Part shown: positions 40,151-54,250 of the stretch, one piece after another
Layout: every line of letters starts with the position of its first letter
How positions within the stretch are numbered: the stretch's first letter is position 1
From: Paraspadella gotoi
Taxonomy: Eukaryota > Animalia > Chaetognatha
DNA length: 64,000 nucleotides
Assembly: GCA_051294375.1 (NCBI GenBank)
Contig: JBJCIZ010000239.1
Span: 4,072,402-4,136,401 of the forward strand
Direction of reading: 5' to 3'
Notes under the pieces: generated by a model
What the model was told of the DNA's origin: nothing
What the model saw: the letters and a program-made list of their open reading frames with translations, nothing else
Database searches by the model: none
Program-made: the position numbers and the translations under genes

Positions 40151-40764
40151 AAGAAATAGTGAGTTACAGTAATGGAACAGTAAGAATACAGAATAAATTG
40201 AAGTTAAAATAATGTGCGAACAGTGAGGCAAAAATAGAATTTAATCTAAACTATCAAAATTGAATTTGAGGGAGATAGTAAAATAGTAAGGAAAAATACT
40301 GAGAGAAAAAAAATTACATTAATGTCCCGGATTATCTTGCTAAGGGAAAATATTACAATTATATATTTACAGTACAACACTAAATGTCCCGGATTAGCTA
40401 AAAAAATAAAAAGGGGCGAATTAGTGATCTTTACTGTTTATTGTGTGAGATGGGCGTGGTTCTTATTCGTATTTTCCTTTGGCGTTGAGTTGAAGAAACA
40501 ATTTGTTTTAAACGTTTTTTTGCGCATACAGGGAAAATTTTTGTGAAATATTAGGTAGAGCTGAAATTTTTTTATTGCGCGCGAGGAAGATAAGAAAAAA
40601 ATTTAGGATGAAAAAAAATTAAGATTAGAAGATGGAAGAAAAAAAAATAGGGTGGTTGGGAGGTTTGCCGTTAGCCAGTTAGTCGGTAGAAGCAGGAAAC
40701 TTAAATCCTGGGGAAGGTTAAACCTTGGGAGAGACCTGATTGGGCGTCACTGGAAATGGGTATC

Positions 40765-41055
40765 TAGCTAAAGGTAGTACTAACTAGTCTCTCATCAGGT
40801 AAAAAGAGTAAGTAAGGTAAGTATTTAATGGTAATAGGAAAACAGATATAACATAAGGGTATCAAGGTACATAAAGGGAGAAAAGGGAGAGGAAGGTTTT
40901 CAGACCCCGAGACCGAGAGAGAAGTTGAGAGAGACTGTCCGATCTCCAAGACTCTATCCGTGACTCCGGGGATGAAGAGGAGGGACGACGAGGGGAGGAG
41001 GAGGCGTTGAGGAGGGGGAAGAGAAGGCCCGGGGGAGAGAGAGGTTCTGGTGATA
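40765..41055. repeat. ~291-bp direct repeat, copy 2
   Basis: Near-identical to 34684-34975; differences are mostly 1-2 bp indels. Confidence 0.92.
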
Positions 41056-42042
41056 AACGTTGTGAGAGGGAAGAGGAAAGAGAAAACAAGAAAAAGAGAA
41101 GAGAAGAAAATGAAAGAGGGGCAAAGGCACAAAAAAAAAGGGAAATGGGGCAAAAAATAGTGAGACAAATAAAAGGTAGGAAATGATGGGAAAATTGGAA
41201 AGAAAAAGAGGGAAAATAAAGAGAAAGAGAGAAGGAGAGAAAAAAGGTAAGGAAAGTGCATGAGTGGCAGAAAAAGGTAGGGGTCGCGAAAAATGGTAAG
41301 TGACAGAGTGAGAAGTAAGGGAGGAAAGAGGAAGAGGAAAATATTAAAGAAGAGAAGAAAGAAGTGAAGAAAAAAGATCAGGGAAAGCGTATGAAGAAAA
41401 AAAAATTGTAATCAGATAATGTGGCGTCTAACCTGAAAACTTTTATGTAAGTAAAAGACGTGAAGATTCTTATGAGGAATTCGATCTTTAAAAAATTATT
41501 CTACCATAAAAATTTGAACATACTATATATCTAAAATTACAGGTTAATGAGATTAGATAAACAATCATTGAAGAAACCATGTCTTACCGTATTTTAAACT
41601 CATAGATTTACCAGGGAATTCTAAGTGATAAGAAGGAAATAACTTGAGACTACCGTTTTTTTAATATAAAGTACTGCTTCATACTAACTAATGAGATCAA
41701 GAAAGATGTAATTATTGAAGTTCAGATTTCGGTTGTCTAAAAGACATCGATCGTACGTGGAGCCCTAAATATTCCATTTTCCTTAATGTTTATTTCTAAA
41801 TTCGATTCGGAAAACGACGACGACGACGACGACGACGAAGAACGATGACGACGACGACGACGACGACGAAGGACCACAACGATGAAATAATATAAACTAA
41901 TGAAATAACTCTTATGATGAAATTAGTAATGATACAAATGAAAGCCTAAATATTTTCATAAAACTTTTTGTTTGAAATAATATATATTTTAAGGAAAATA
42001 TGTCTCAGCCTAAAAGTTGAATGTGGTCAGGAAGGAAAAGCT

Positions 42043-42082
<40 letters not shown>

Positions 42083-42189
42083 CTCTCGACGAAAAATGTA
42101 AAAACTGCGAAATCAAAGACAAAGAGAGACAGATAGAGAGGAGAAAAAAAAAGAGACAAAGAGAAATAGAAAACGAGAGAGAGAGAGAA

Positions 42190-42243
<54 letters not shown>

Positions 42244-42359
42244 AAGAAATTTTTTATCGTTGCCAAGGCAAACAATTAAAGCAAATAGAGAGATAACGAC
42301 GACGACGATTCTCATGAAAACTAAGAATTTAAAGGAAAAGAGAGAACAAAAACAGCCCA

Positions 42360-42637
42360 ACAAGTTTACAGCGTTGCGCCGCGTTAACTAAGAAACTTAC
42401 ATACCCGTTTTAGAGTATGATCACGTGACTGTACAAATATAAAATATGCGTACATTAAGCGTCTCACGGTATGCAACGTTTCTGCCGTGTATTATCGAAA
42501 ACAATGCAGCATTAGCTGAGTTATAAGCATTTTAAATATAGGATAAACCAATGGACGGACCACCTCAGCTTCCGACCGACTGACCGACTAAAAAGTGACT
42601 TTTTAGAATTGCTCTACGATTCGCGTCGCAATGAAAA
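42360..42637 (-). mobile_element. Family B copy, diverged
   Basis: gttgcgccgc...ccgaccgactgaccgactaaaaagtgactt...ttgctc...tcgcgtcgcaat matches 5347-5784. Confidence 0.55.
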
Positions 42638-43184
42638 GGCAACAAGGAGACAGAAGGATTTTAATCGCTTCACAATCGCTTAAATGTCTTGGCGTTGTTG
42701 TTTCTTGTTGACTTTCTTTGTCATTAAATATTTCATGTTTTATTATAACTGCATTACAAACGCATAAGAAGTGAAATCGTTTGATGTTTCAAAATGAAGA
42801 GCAGCTGTGATTCTTTCGGGTGCTGTGGCAGGAGTGGTTTTTGCAACAGTGCTTATCGCATTGCAATAATAGTTAGGATATGGTCTGGTTAAGTATCTTC
42901 AATTCCATTTTTTTTATTTTAATGCACACAATGCGTCATAAAAAAAAGGATGAACTGATATGGATTTTCTAAGTTTGTCAATAACTACCCTGTATTATTT
43001 TAATTTTAAAAAGTCTAGTGGCAGATCGAATAAAAATAGATTAAGATAGATTAAGGTATAGGTAGACTAAGATAGATTAGGATAGTAAAATGCCACGGCT
43101 TGGTTTAAAAATTCAGAATAACAAATACTTAAAATATTAAATGCAAACACGTAAAATATAAAACGAGTCAAGGATGACATAAGA

Positions 43185-43250
43185 TAGGGGGCAAGATTGC
43201 TGATTTATTAATGGATACATTTTATATTGGTTGTACCGATTTCATAAAAC
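43185..43250 (+). mobile_element. Family A 3' fragment
   Basis: ggggcaagattgctgatttattaatggat...ttggttgtaccgatttcataaaa. Confidence 0.6.
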
Positions 43251-43479
43251 ATTACCAAGTTATATACATTTATTACTATAAAACACTTATTTCCGTCTAC
43301 TCTATTACATCCCCTTTTTTGCCTCAACTTCTGCTACATCCCCCTATTCCGCCCCAACAAAACGCCTCTAGTGGTGAAAAAAAAAACCAAACTCTAAAGC
43401 GCTCTCGCGGCCGAGGACTGCGGACTGCGGAGCGAGAGAAAAAGATTGCGAGGCTACGAGGCCCCGATTCGCCGTGGGG

Positions 43480-44190
43480 ATGTTAGAATATGCGCGGGGC
43501 GGGCCTGAAACGAGCGAAGAGGTTTTTTGGAGGAGATACGAAGAGGCATTAAGGGGGAAAGAGGTTTCGTTTGTAGGATTGGCGTGGACGAGGGGGAAGC
43601 GACATCATATTGGAAAAGACATCCGAGGAGAGGGTTCGTTTGAAAAGGAGGGGGGGATAAAGAACTATGTCCTTATTTGAGGCGGAAAATATGCGCGGGT
43701 AGGGCCAAGGAATGTTTGTGGATTTCATGATTAAATTTGTGCTCCTTTTGAAGGAAGGGGGCTGGTATTCACATATAAGCAGATTCGAAGATAAGCAATA
43801 GCAGATAGTGTAATGTACTCTGGGCCTGGGAATATACACTGGCTGGGCCACGACATAAGCGAGTTTTAGTGGGGCATATGTGCATGTTGTGCCATGGAAC
43901 AAGCATTTTGGGATGACGAACATGTGCTTGTTTGGCCAAAGAATACTGCATACTACAGTGGATGGAGTAACATGCGCGAGTCAACAAGAGCCTACAGGAT
44001 AGTATAAATGGGTCGGACCAAGGATATGCGCCGGAGCTGACAAGGCAAGGGTGAGGCTAAGGCATATGCTTTATAGCAGACAGGGTAATTTTCACGGGTA
44101 GGGCAAGGGAAAATGCGCGAGTAGGGCGAGGAAAAATGCGCGGGTAGGGCGATGGAAAATGCGCGGGTTGGGCCGGCAGACGCGGGGCGA
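43480..44190. repeat. GC-rich degenerate repeat (gaaaatgcgcgggtagggc, ~21-22 bp)
   Basis: Clear units at ~44085-44175; scattered units at ~43490, 43690 and 43975. Confidence 0.55.
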
Positions 44191-47100
44191 CGCTTAAAAA
44201 GAAGCGAGAAAAGCGTCAAACGCGAAGCTCTGGTTACTAATGAGGATGTTTTCGTTTTTATTTAGGTTCGCCAAGGATGTGGAGGGAAGAAGGGGGTTGG
44301 GTTGCGTGGGAGGTGGGGAGGAAGGAGGGAGGAAGAGGAGGAAAAATGGGAGATTAGTGGAAGTAATAGAAAGGAGAAAAAAGGGGGAGATAAGAAGGGG
44401 GGAATAAAAGGGGGAAAAAGGAGATTTGAATTGGGGATTTTAAAGGTACAAAAAGTTGTTGTTAATTTAAAAACAAATTTTATAAATAACAAAAACGATA
44501 TTAGCAATCATAAAAAAAATGTTTTCTTGATGGAATGGAAGTCTTAATGGAAAATGTGACTAAATATCCGTGAGGCTTTGAAAAAAAGGGGGGAAATGTG
44601 AGGCAAATAGAAAAGTCATAGTAGATTGGGTAAGTAAGTTAAGGACAGTTGAGACAAATGTGGACAGTCATGGAGTAATGGGAGGAAAGGAGGAAAGAAG
44701 CGAGAGGGAGAAAAAAAAAGAAAAGAAAACTGAAATTAAGGAATGAAAGAAAAAAAGAAAGAAAAAAAAGAGAGAAATTTGGAACAGGAAAAAAAGAAGA
44801 AAAATAAACCGGCCGAAAGTGTGCGCGTCGAAAATTTTCTGCGATTCTTGTAAAGCGTTCTCGTCCGTTTCGTCCGTGTCGTCTCGACGTCGTCGGTCTC
44901 GTCCATCGTCGTCGTCGTTATTTTTTTCCGTCGTCGTCTGTCGGCTTTCGTCTTTTCGGCTTCGTTCGTATATATTTCGTTGACATCTTAATCGGCGGTT
45001 TTAAACGATCAGCTCATCTTGACGGGTTTTTTTTTCCCTTTTTCATGGTTTCACGTTTTTTGTCGTCGACTTGTCGTCGTCATTGTCGTCGTTCTTGTCA
45101 AGATTGGGTCGTCTGTTCGTATCGTGAATCATCGCCGTCAGTCATCGTCTTGTCATTATTCCTCGCACCCATTCGTCAGTTGCATATCTTTTCTTTGTCA
45201 TCTTTGTTGTTGTCATTGTCTCTTCAATCGTACTCTTCATCGTTGTCGCCTCGTTGTCGTCTTTCGTCATCTTTTATTTTCGTTCGTCGTCTCACTGTCG
45301 ACGTTATCTTCGTCATCCTCGTCGTCTGTGGTCGTCGTCATTGTCGCTCTTCGTTGATCCTCACTCAGTTATCGAGCTTTCATATGTCTGTAATATTCAG
45401 TCTACTGGAGTCTTCGTCGTGGTCGTCTTCATTCTTTCGTCGTCTATCATGGAGTCAATAATCAGGGTGGGAATGACGGAACACACAATATGTTTGGAGC
45501 ACGAGAGAGGACTTGTTGCCAGTTCATGTACGTACATGATGAGAGTGTACGGCTCATGTCTGGGTCATTTCATTGGGCGTCGTATCGTCAGTACTTTAAC
45601 ATAAAACAGTATGTCGGAAGGTATGCAGCAATCCTATTCGTTCCCAACTGCGTCCAGTGAAAGGGGAGAATATACTCAGAGTATTAAATTCCTAGACGAG
45701 TCACGACTGGATTATGTGGCAACTGGAAGATGAGTCATTAACTCCGCGACGTAGAGAGAGGAGGGATGAGAGTAGGTATGAGAGAGCTATATGAAGGATG
45801 AAGAGTAGAGGAGAAGTAGATGAGAAGAGAGAGGAGAGAGAGAGGACGGAGAGAAGAGGAATAGCGACGCGTAGAAGCACAGTCACAAAGCACGCCATCG
45901 TTGCGCAGCAAAAAACGAGAAGATTCGAACAGGTTACCACTATATGGATCGGGAGCGCCAGTTTATCGACTGACACTTCGTATTATAAAGTGTCAGCTAA
46001 TAACTCACATATCATTGTCTTTCACCTCTTTAAGGAAAAAAATGGAACACGGCAAAGTCTGCCGGTAACAGAAGAGAGAAAATGGATAAGATAATGACTG
46101 AGTACGGGACCTTATATAAGTGATTGTATACAGACAACGAAAGAAGTATAGTAAATATGAGTAAGAATATTGCAGTAGAGAGAGACTTATCGTTCGCGGA
46201 CAGGTCATATACGAAGCCGTGTAGATTATCTATCAGAGAGGCAGAGATGAGAGAGAGAGACAGATGTATGAGTCGTAGAGAGAAGATGATGATGTATGTA
46301 GATGTAGTCAGATGAATGAGAGCCGCAGAAGAGCACGAGTTGTGACGTCGAGAGTAGTCAGGAGAGGAGATGTACGCAGTAATGTAAAATGAGTCGAGGA
46401 CTTTAAGATAAGCATTGTACGATGCTTTGTTAAGTAGAAACAATCCTAAAGATTTTTCGCTGTTAAACTTGATTTGAGCGGCGGGTGTCTTAATTTTCAT
46501 CTTGTACTGAATTCTTGAGACTGTTTTTACAATGTTACTCTTCTTCTCCTCAGCTCTCTCTCTCTCGTCGATTTGCTTCTCTCTACTTCTCTTCTCGTAT
46601 CTTTCGCTATGTCTCACGCGCGGTAGTTATCTACTCTACTGCGTCATCATCATCACATCTTGCTTTTCGCTAGGTAGTCTGCGATCCTCCTCTCGCACTT
46701 ATCTCTCTCCCGTTTTTTTGTAATCATAGACACCTCTCTGATATAAATCTGCATGGGTCAAAAGCCGTGTTATTTTTCTTCGTCTCGTCCGCTTTGCCAC
46801 TCTTCGTGAGAAGAGAGGGGTCATCGTTAAATGAGATAGATATGATGTAGAGTATATTTACTGACTGTCGTCGAGGCGGTGTTTTTTATGCGCTGACAAA
46901 AAAAATAAAGAGAACTGTGTCTATTCTGCGAGAAATATACCGTTGAAATCCTATTTGGGTTGTTAAGGCGCTACATTTTTATACTTATTTGAGGAGAGTA
47001 ATTAAGGCTAGGGAGACGCAGATAGTAGCACTTGGGGGGGGAGGGCGCTCGAATTAAGAGCGTCAACATCGTCACTCTGTGTTTCCAAGATCCGTCAGGA

Positions 47101-47760
47101 TCACCGTTTCCTTATGGCAAGCTCCCGTTGACTCCCTCTAGTCTTTTAACGGCGACATTTTGCGGATACGACTCTTCAGTCATTTCTAGGCACCCATTGT
47201 GGTCATTGTTCCGTTGGGTAGTTATTGTAAAGAGATAGTATGAGTTTTACGTCATGGAGGCACTGTGATAACGTGGATGTGGTGTTGCGTCCTGCACGAA
47301 TGTACTGCTCATATTGGATTGTACATGCGTCCAAGTCGAAACGGCCATGAGAAGAGAGGATACATTTTAGGACTTAAAATTAAGTTTTCAGGAATAAACG
47401 GAACAAATTGTCGGCTATCGAAAAAAAAAGCTTTTTTCAAATTAGAATATCTCAATTCTTAGCCATTTTTTTTTTTCAGAATTTTTAATCAAATCTATTT
47501 CTATTGCAAAAACGATCTGATTGAAAAGTTTTAGGAAAAAAAATAATTTTCCTTTTTTGCGTAAAGAGGAAAGAGGAGAGAGAGTGAGATAGAGAGAGAG
47601 GAGACATATCCTTCTTTTCAAAACGCCTGACATAATATTCATCCACACAAGTATAGATTCTTACAAAAATAAGTACATCACCCCGCCCACGAAATAAAAT
47701 TCCCTCACCGCTAAAGGCCGTCTCGCCAAGCAGACTATCTCTCATCTCTCTCTCTCTCTC

Positions 47761-47797
<37 letters not shown>

Positions 47798-48999
47798 TCT
47801 TCTCTGCTCTTCATCTCTCTCTGTCTCTCCCTCTCTCTCTGTCTTCGCTTCTTTCTGTCCCTCGTCTCAACTAATATATTTTTCTCTCTTCCAAATCCAC
47901 GCTCGATTCCACAAGAATTTGAAAGAAAAACGTACTTCTCTCTCTCTCTCTCTCTCTCTCCTCTATCCTCTCTCTCTATCGTCCTCTCTCTCCTCTCTCT
48001 CATCTTCTCCTCTCTTTCTCAGTCTTTCTCTTCTCTCTCTCATTTCCAAAGAAGTTTCTCTTTGAAGCCCTGCCCTCTTTTCTTCCCCGTTGAAGTTCGC
48101 TAAAATATCATTCTTTAAAATAAATCCAGTTTTTTTTCTCCAACTTTTTTTTATCCTACTAATTCTCTTTTCAACTATCTCCCTTATAGTTAATCATTGT
48201 TATTCTTAATTTTTAAAATATTAATTATTGTGGCTTATAAACGTCTCTCGTTGTGTTTGTTGATTAGCTGAAATATTTTCGAATTAATATTAACATTAGA
48301 TGTTCAATTAAAAAATTGGCACGACAATACAAAATATCTCATTCATTTAATAAATAAGCTATCTTGCGCTCTGACAATGGACAAATTGGACATGACAGGC
48401 ATGGTGGTTTAAGGCCTCCAGTCCCTCTTACAAGATAATGACATAGCGGGTCCCTCAAGCTTTCATTCCTAGACTGCTCTCACAATAATATAATATCACT
48501 TATTTTTCGGAAAGCTTGCATTCCGTATCCCTTAAGTGCATAAAGACTTTTAATACTGATCATTTGTCATAAATGAACGCAATTAAATCAACTTTTAGTA
48601 ACTTTGACAAATCATTATGTTAAATGGTATTGGCATTTCATTTACTATGAGCCTCAAATAAAATAACAAGCATCGGGCTCACTTAGCATTTGCTTTATTT
48701 ACAGTTCCTTTCCTTGCTTTAGCCACATCTGTAGCGGTAGTATTTCATACGCTCGCTACTCGTCCGAGAATCAGGTTAAAATTAAATTCAGTATGAAAAT
48801 ACAGAATTTGGGCGCTTCAAAAAATAGGGCTACTTTGTACGTTCTTTTCTTTCTATTTTTTCTTTATTTCTTTTCCTATTTTTTTCCGCTATACTTTCTC
48901 TGTTCCGATGAACTAGCAGTAAACATTTGACGAGCAATTATTCGGAAATATCGATTACGGTGAGAGAGAGAGGAGAGAGAGAGAGAGAGAGAGGAGGGG

Positions 49000-49035
<36 letters not shown>

Positions 49036-49422
49036 GAGAATGAGAGAGAGAGCGGCGGTCGCCGTAAAAATTTCGTGAGTCGTGAATTCACACTAACTCA
49101 CGGAGAGCGCTATTTTAAAGGAGCTGAAGGGACTTCTTTAGGCAATTTTCTCCTCCTTCTTCTCTCTCTCTCTTCTCTGCGAGTGCATTCTCTCTGCTCT
49201 CTCTGCTCTCGTCTCTCTCTCATCCTTTTCTACTTTCTCTCTCGTTCTCTTCTCTCTTCTCATCTTTCTCTCTCTCTCTTTCTCTCTGCTCTTTCTTTGC
49301 CGCACAAATCACGAAAAGAGAAAATAATAGAGAAGAGTTAATTTGTCGAAGGCAAATTCGGCATAAAAGGTTTGAAGAGAGAGAGAGAGAGAGAGAAGAG
49401 AGGAGAGCAAGAGAGAGAGAAT

Positions 49423-49465
<43 letters not shown>

Positions 49466-49974
49466 AAATATCCCTCAAATTTTGCTATATGAAAGCATAT
49501 AAAATTGTTAATTATGAATGACTCATGGGCTTCGGATCATTTTGGCAACAAATTATTTTAACAGAATAATTAATCCATAATGGATAGTTTAATGCTGTTC
49601 GCCATTAAACCATTTTGAATTAGGTCGGCGACCGCTGTCCTCCAAAGTGTTGTTTCATTGGCAACATTTACACAATTCAACTTTTGTCATTAAAAGTATG
49701 TGTTAAATATACAATAAAGAAATGTTTCAATGTTGTTACGAAATTATGAGAATCGGAACATGGCCAATTTTCATAAAAGAGATATTATATTTTTGGTCAC
49801 GTGTTTTTGTTCCGTTCTGTGATTCTCACTGGCGGTTCAATTAGTCGGATTTGTCTTCGAGGATCTGAGTGGTTTTAAGATTCTCACAGCATTTTTTATT
49901 GCACGTATAAGATGATTTTTGTATACTTTAAGTTTATTTTTGGTAGTTTGAACAATTCTTTTTTACATGAAATT

Positions 49975-50005
<31 letters not shown>

Positions 50006-52463
50006 ATTATTGCNNNNNNNNNNNNNNNNNNNNNNNNNTGTCGTCGTTCTTGTCAACGTCGTCGTCTTCGTCGTCATCTTTATCATCATCGTCGACATCA
50101 TCGCCGTCATCATCGTCTTCGTCATTATCCTCGTCCCCATCGTCGTTGCAATCATTTTCTTTGTCATCTTTGTTGTTGTCATTGTCTTCATCGTACTCTT
50201 CATCGTTGTCGCCTTCGTTGTCGTCTTCGTCATCTTTATTTTCGTCGTCGTCTTCACTGTCGACGTTATCTTCGTCATCCTCGTCGTTGTGGTCGTCGTC
50301 ATTGTCGTCATCTTCGTTGATATCGTTATTGTCTTCATTGTCGTATTCGTCATCGTCTTCGTCGTGGTCGTCTTCATCTTTGTCGTCATTGCATTCATAT
50401 TGCGAAACAAAGACAGGAGCAAACTTTTCAGTCTCATTCTCATTGTTGCGTACGTTGTCATTTTCATCGTCGTTGTCGTCCTTAATAACAGAGTCGAAGT
50501 CAATCCTATTCGTCCACTCGTCCAAAGAGAGAATTACTGTAAAAAAAACCCGCGTCCGAGATGAGAAGNNNNNNNNNNNNNNNNNNNNNNNNNNNNNNNN
50601 NNNNNNNNNNNNNNNNNNNNNNNNNNNNNNNNNNNNNNNNNNNNNNNNNNNNNNNNNNNNNNNNNNNNNNNNNNNNNNNNNNNNNNNNNNNNNNNNNNNN
50701 NNNNNNNNNNNNNNNNNNNNNNNNAGAGAGAGTCAACCCATCGTTCCACCAAAAACGATTGAACATAATGGAGACGCCAATCGACTTCACTTCGAAAAAA
50801 ATTCACTTAANNNNNNNNNNNNNNNNNNNNNNNNNNNNNNNNNNNNNNNNNNNNNNNNNNNNNNNNNNNNNNNNNNNNNNNNNNNNNNNNNNNNNNNNNN
50901 NNNNNNNNNNNNNNNNNNNNNNNNNNNNNNNNNNNNNNNNNNNNNNNNNNNNNNNNNNNNNNNNNNNNNNNNNNNNNNNNNNNNNNNNNNNNNNNNNNNN
51001 NNNNNNNNNNNNNNNNNNNNNNNNNNNNNNNNNNNNNNNNNNNNNNNNNNNNNNNNNNNNNNNNNNNNNNNNNNNNNNNNNNNNNNNNNNNNNNNNNNNN
51101 NNNNNNNNNNNNNNNNNNNNNNNNNNNNNNNNNNNNNNNNNNNNNNNNNNNNNNNNNNNNNNNNNNNNNNNNNNNNNNNNNNNNNNNNNNNNNNNNNNNN
51201 NNNNNNNNNNNNNNNNNNNNNNNNNNNNNNNNNNNNNNNNNNNNNNNNNNNNNNNNNNNNNNNNNNNNNNNNNNNNNNNNNNNNNNNNNNNNNNNNNNNN
51301 NNNNNNNNNNNNNNNNNNNNNNNNNNNNNNNNNNNNNNNNNNNNNNNNNNNNNNNNNNNNNNNNNNNNNNNNNNNNNNNNNNNNNNNNNNNNNNNNNNNN
51401 NNNNNNNNNNNNNNNNNNNNNNNNNNNNNNNNNNNNNNNNNNNNNNNNNNNNNNNNNNNNNNNNNNNNNNNNNNNNNNNNNNNNNNNNNNNNNNNNNNNN
51501 NNNNNNNNNNNNNNNNNNNNNNNNNNNNNNNNNNNNNNNNNNNNNNNNNNNNNNNNNNNNNNNNNNNNNNNNNNNNNNNNNNNNNNNNNNNNNNNNNNNN
51601 NNNNNNNNNNNNNNNNNNNNNNNNNNNNNNNNNNNNNNNNNNNNNNNNNNNNNNNNNNNNNNNNNNNNNNNNNNNNNNNNNNNNNNNNNNNNNNNNNNTT
51701 TTTTCGTCTCGTGTTTTGCCACCTCTTAAAAAAGGGGTCTCTCTAAATGAGAAGAGAAGAATAGATGTCGCGACTTTTTTAGCGCAAAAAAAAAGTTTTA
51801 TCGGAGAAATAATTATAATCGTTAAGCGACACATTTTTAACAATTAGATAAAGCTTGAAGACGGCAGTAAGTAGCCTTGGGGGGGGGAGCCTCGAAAACC
51901 CTCAAGCCTGGTTCCAAGCCCAGGACCCGTTCCATGGCAGCTGCAGTTAAAGGAGTTGCGGATAGCACTCTTCAGCATTATTCACAATTGTTTTGTTGAA
52001 GATTAAGGAATAGAGTTATTGGATTGGGATGTGATACGTGATGTGTTCTTCCGCCGAAGACTCTCATATTGGATGAATCGTCATCGAAACGGACCAATGA
52101 GAAGAGAGGATTACATTTTAGGCTTAAAATTAAGTTCAGGAATAAAGGAACAAATTTGTCGCTATCGAAAAAAAAAACTTTTTTCAATAGAAACTCAATT
52201 CTTACCATTTTTTTTTTCAGAATTTTTAATTCAACTATTTCTATTCCAAAACGATCGATTGAAAAGTTTTAGGAAAAAAATAATTTTCTTTTTTCGTAAA
52301 GAGAGAAAGAGAGAGAGAGTGAGATAGAGAGAGAGAGAGACATATCCTTCTTTTCAAAACCCTGACATAATTCATCCACACAAGTATAGATTCTTACAAA
52401 AAAAGACATCACCCCGCCCACGAAATAAATTCCCTCACCGCTAAAGGCGTCTGCCAAGCAGAC

Positions 52464-52498
<35 letters not shown>

Positions 52499-52684
52499 NN
52501 NNNNNNNNNNNNNNNNNNNNNNNNNNNNNNNNNNNNNNNNNNNNNNNNNNNNNNNNNNNNNNNNNNNNNNNNNNNNNNNNNNNNNNNNNNNNNNNNNNNN
52601 NNNNNNNNNNNNNNNNNNNNNNNNNNNNNNNNNNNNNNNNNNNNNNNNNNNNNNNNNNNNNNNNNNNNNNNNNNNNNNNNNNNN

Positions 52685-52718
<34 letters not shown>

Positions 52719-52976
52719 CCAAAGAAGTTTTCTCTTTTGAGCCCTGCCCTCTTTTCTTCCCGTTGAATTTCGCTAAAATATCATTTTTAAAAATTCCACG
52801 TTTTTTTTTCTCCAACTTTTTTTATCCTACTCACTCTCTCTTTTCAACTATCTCCCTTATAGTTAATCATTGGTTATTATATTTTTAATATTAATATTGT
52901 GCTTTAAACGTTCTTCTCGTTGTGTTGTTGATACTGAAATATTTTCGAATTAATATTAACATTAATGTTCAATTAA

Positions 52977-53200
52977 AAAATTGGCACGACAATACAAAAA
53001 ATATCCATTCATTTAATAAATAAGCTATCTTGCCTCTGACATGGACAATTGGACAATGGACAGGCAATGGTGGTTTAAGGCCTCCATCCCTCTTACAAGA
53101 TAATGACATAGCGGGTCCCTGCAAGCTTTCATTCTAGACTCTCTCACAATATATATATATCACTTATTTTTCGAAACCTTGGCATTCCCGTTCCCTTAAG
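52977..53200 (-). mobile_element. Family A copy (noisy duplicate at 48312-48545)
   Basis: ggtggtttaaggcctccatccctcttacaagataatgacatagcgggtccctgcaagctttc. Confidence 0.75.
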
Positions 53201-54072
53201 TGCGAAAAGACTTTTAAACTGACATTTGTCAAAATAACCAATTAAACAACTTTAGTAACTTTGACAAATCATATTAAATGGTATTGCATTTCAGTTTACT
53301 ATGAGCCTCATAAAATACAAGCATCGGCTCACTACATTTCTTTATTTACAGTTTCCTTTACCTTCTTTACCACACTGTAGCGGTAGTATTTCATACCTCG
53401 CTACTCGTCCGAGAATCAGGTTAAAATTAAATTCAAGTATGAAAAACAGAATTTGGGCGCTTTCAAAAAATAGTGCCTACTTTGTACGTTCTTTTTTCTT
53501 TCTATTTTTTCTTTATTTTTCTTTTCTCTATTTTTTTNNNNNNNNNNNNNNNNNNNNNNNNNNNNNNNNNNNNNNNNNNNNNNNNNNNNNNNNNNNNNNN
53601 NNNNNNNNNNNNNNNNNNNNNNNNNNNNNNNNNNNNNNNNNNNNNNNNNNNNNNNNNNNNNNNNNNNNNNNNNNNNNNNNNNNNNNNNNNNNNNNNNNNN
53701 NNNNNNNNNNNNNNNNNNNNNNNNNNNNNNNNNNNNNNNNNNNNNNNNNNNNNNNNNNNNNNNNNNNNNNNNNNNNNNNNNNNNNNNNNNNNNNNNNNNN
53801 NNNNNNNNNNNNNNNNNNNNNNNNNNNNNNNNNNNNNNNNNNNNNNNNNNNNNNNNNNNNNNNNNNNNNNNNNNNNNNNNNNNNNNNNNNNNNNNNNNNN
53901 NNNNNNNNNNNNNNNNNNNNNNNNNNNNNNNNNNNNNNNNNNNNNNNNNNNNNNNNNNNNNNNNNNNNNNNNNNNNNNNNNNNNNNNNNNNNNNNNNNNN
54001 NNNNNNNNNNNNNNNNNNNNNNNNNNNNNNNNNNNNNNNNNNNNNNNNNNNNNNNGAGAGAGAGAGAGAGAC

Positions 54073-54250
54073 TTAAAATATCCCCCAAAAAATTTTGACA
54101 TTATAAAGCAATATAATAATGTTAATTATCGAATTACTCATGGTTCGGATCATTTTTGCAAACAAATATTTTAACAGAATAATTAATACCAATAATGGAT
54201 TAGTTTAATGCTGTTCCCATTAAAATTTGAATTAGGTCGGCGACCGCTAG
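54073..54250 (+). mobile_element. Family C 3' end (noisy duplicate at 49463-49637)
   Basis: ttactcatggttcgga...aataatggattagtttaatgctgttcccatt...ggtcggcgaccgCTAG|T: a short hairpin followed by a CTAG terminus. Confidence 0.6.

Noticed and set aside
49912-51847. 605-aa and other long ORFs; D-rich and T-rich frames
   Set aside because: Made of (TCG/TCA)n trinucleotide repeats and N runs.
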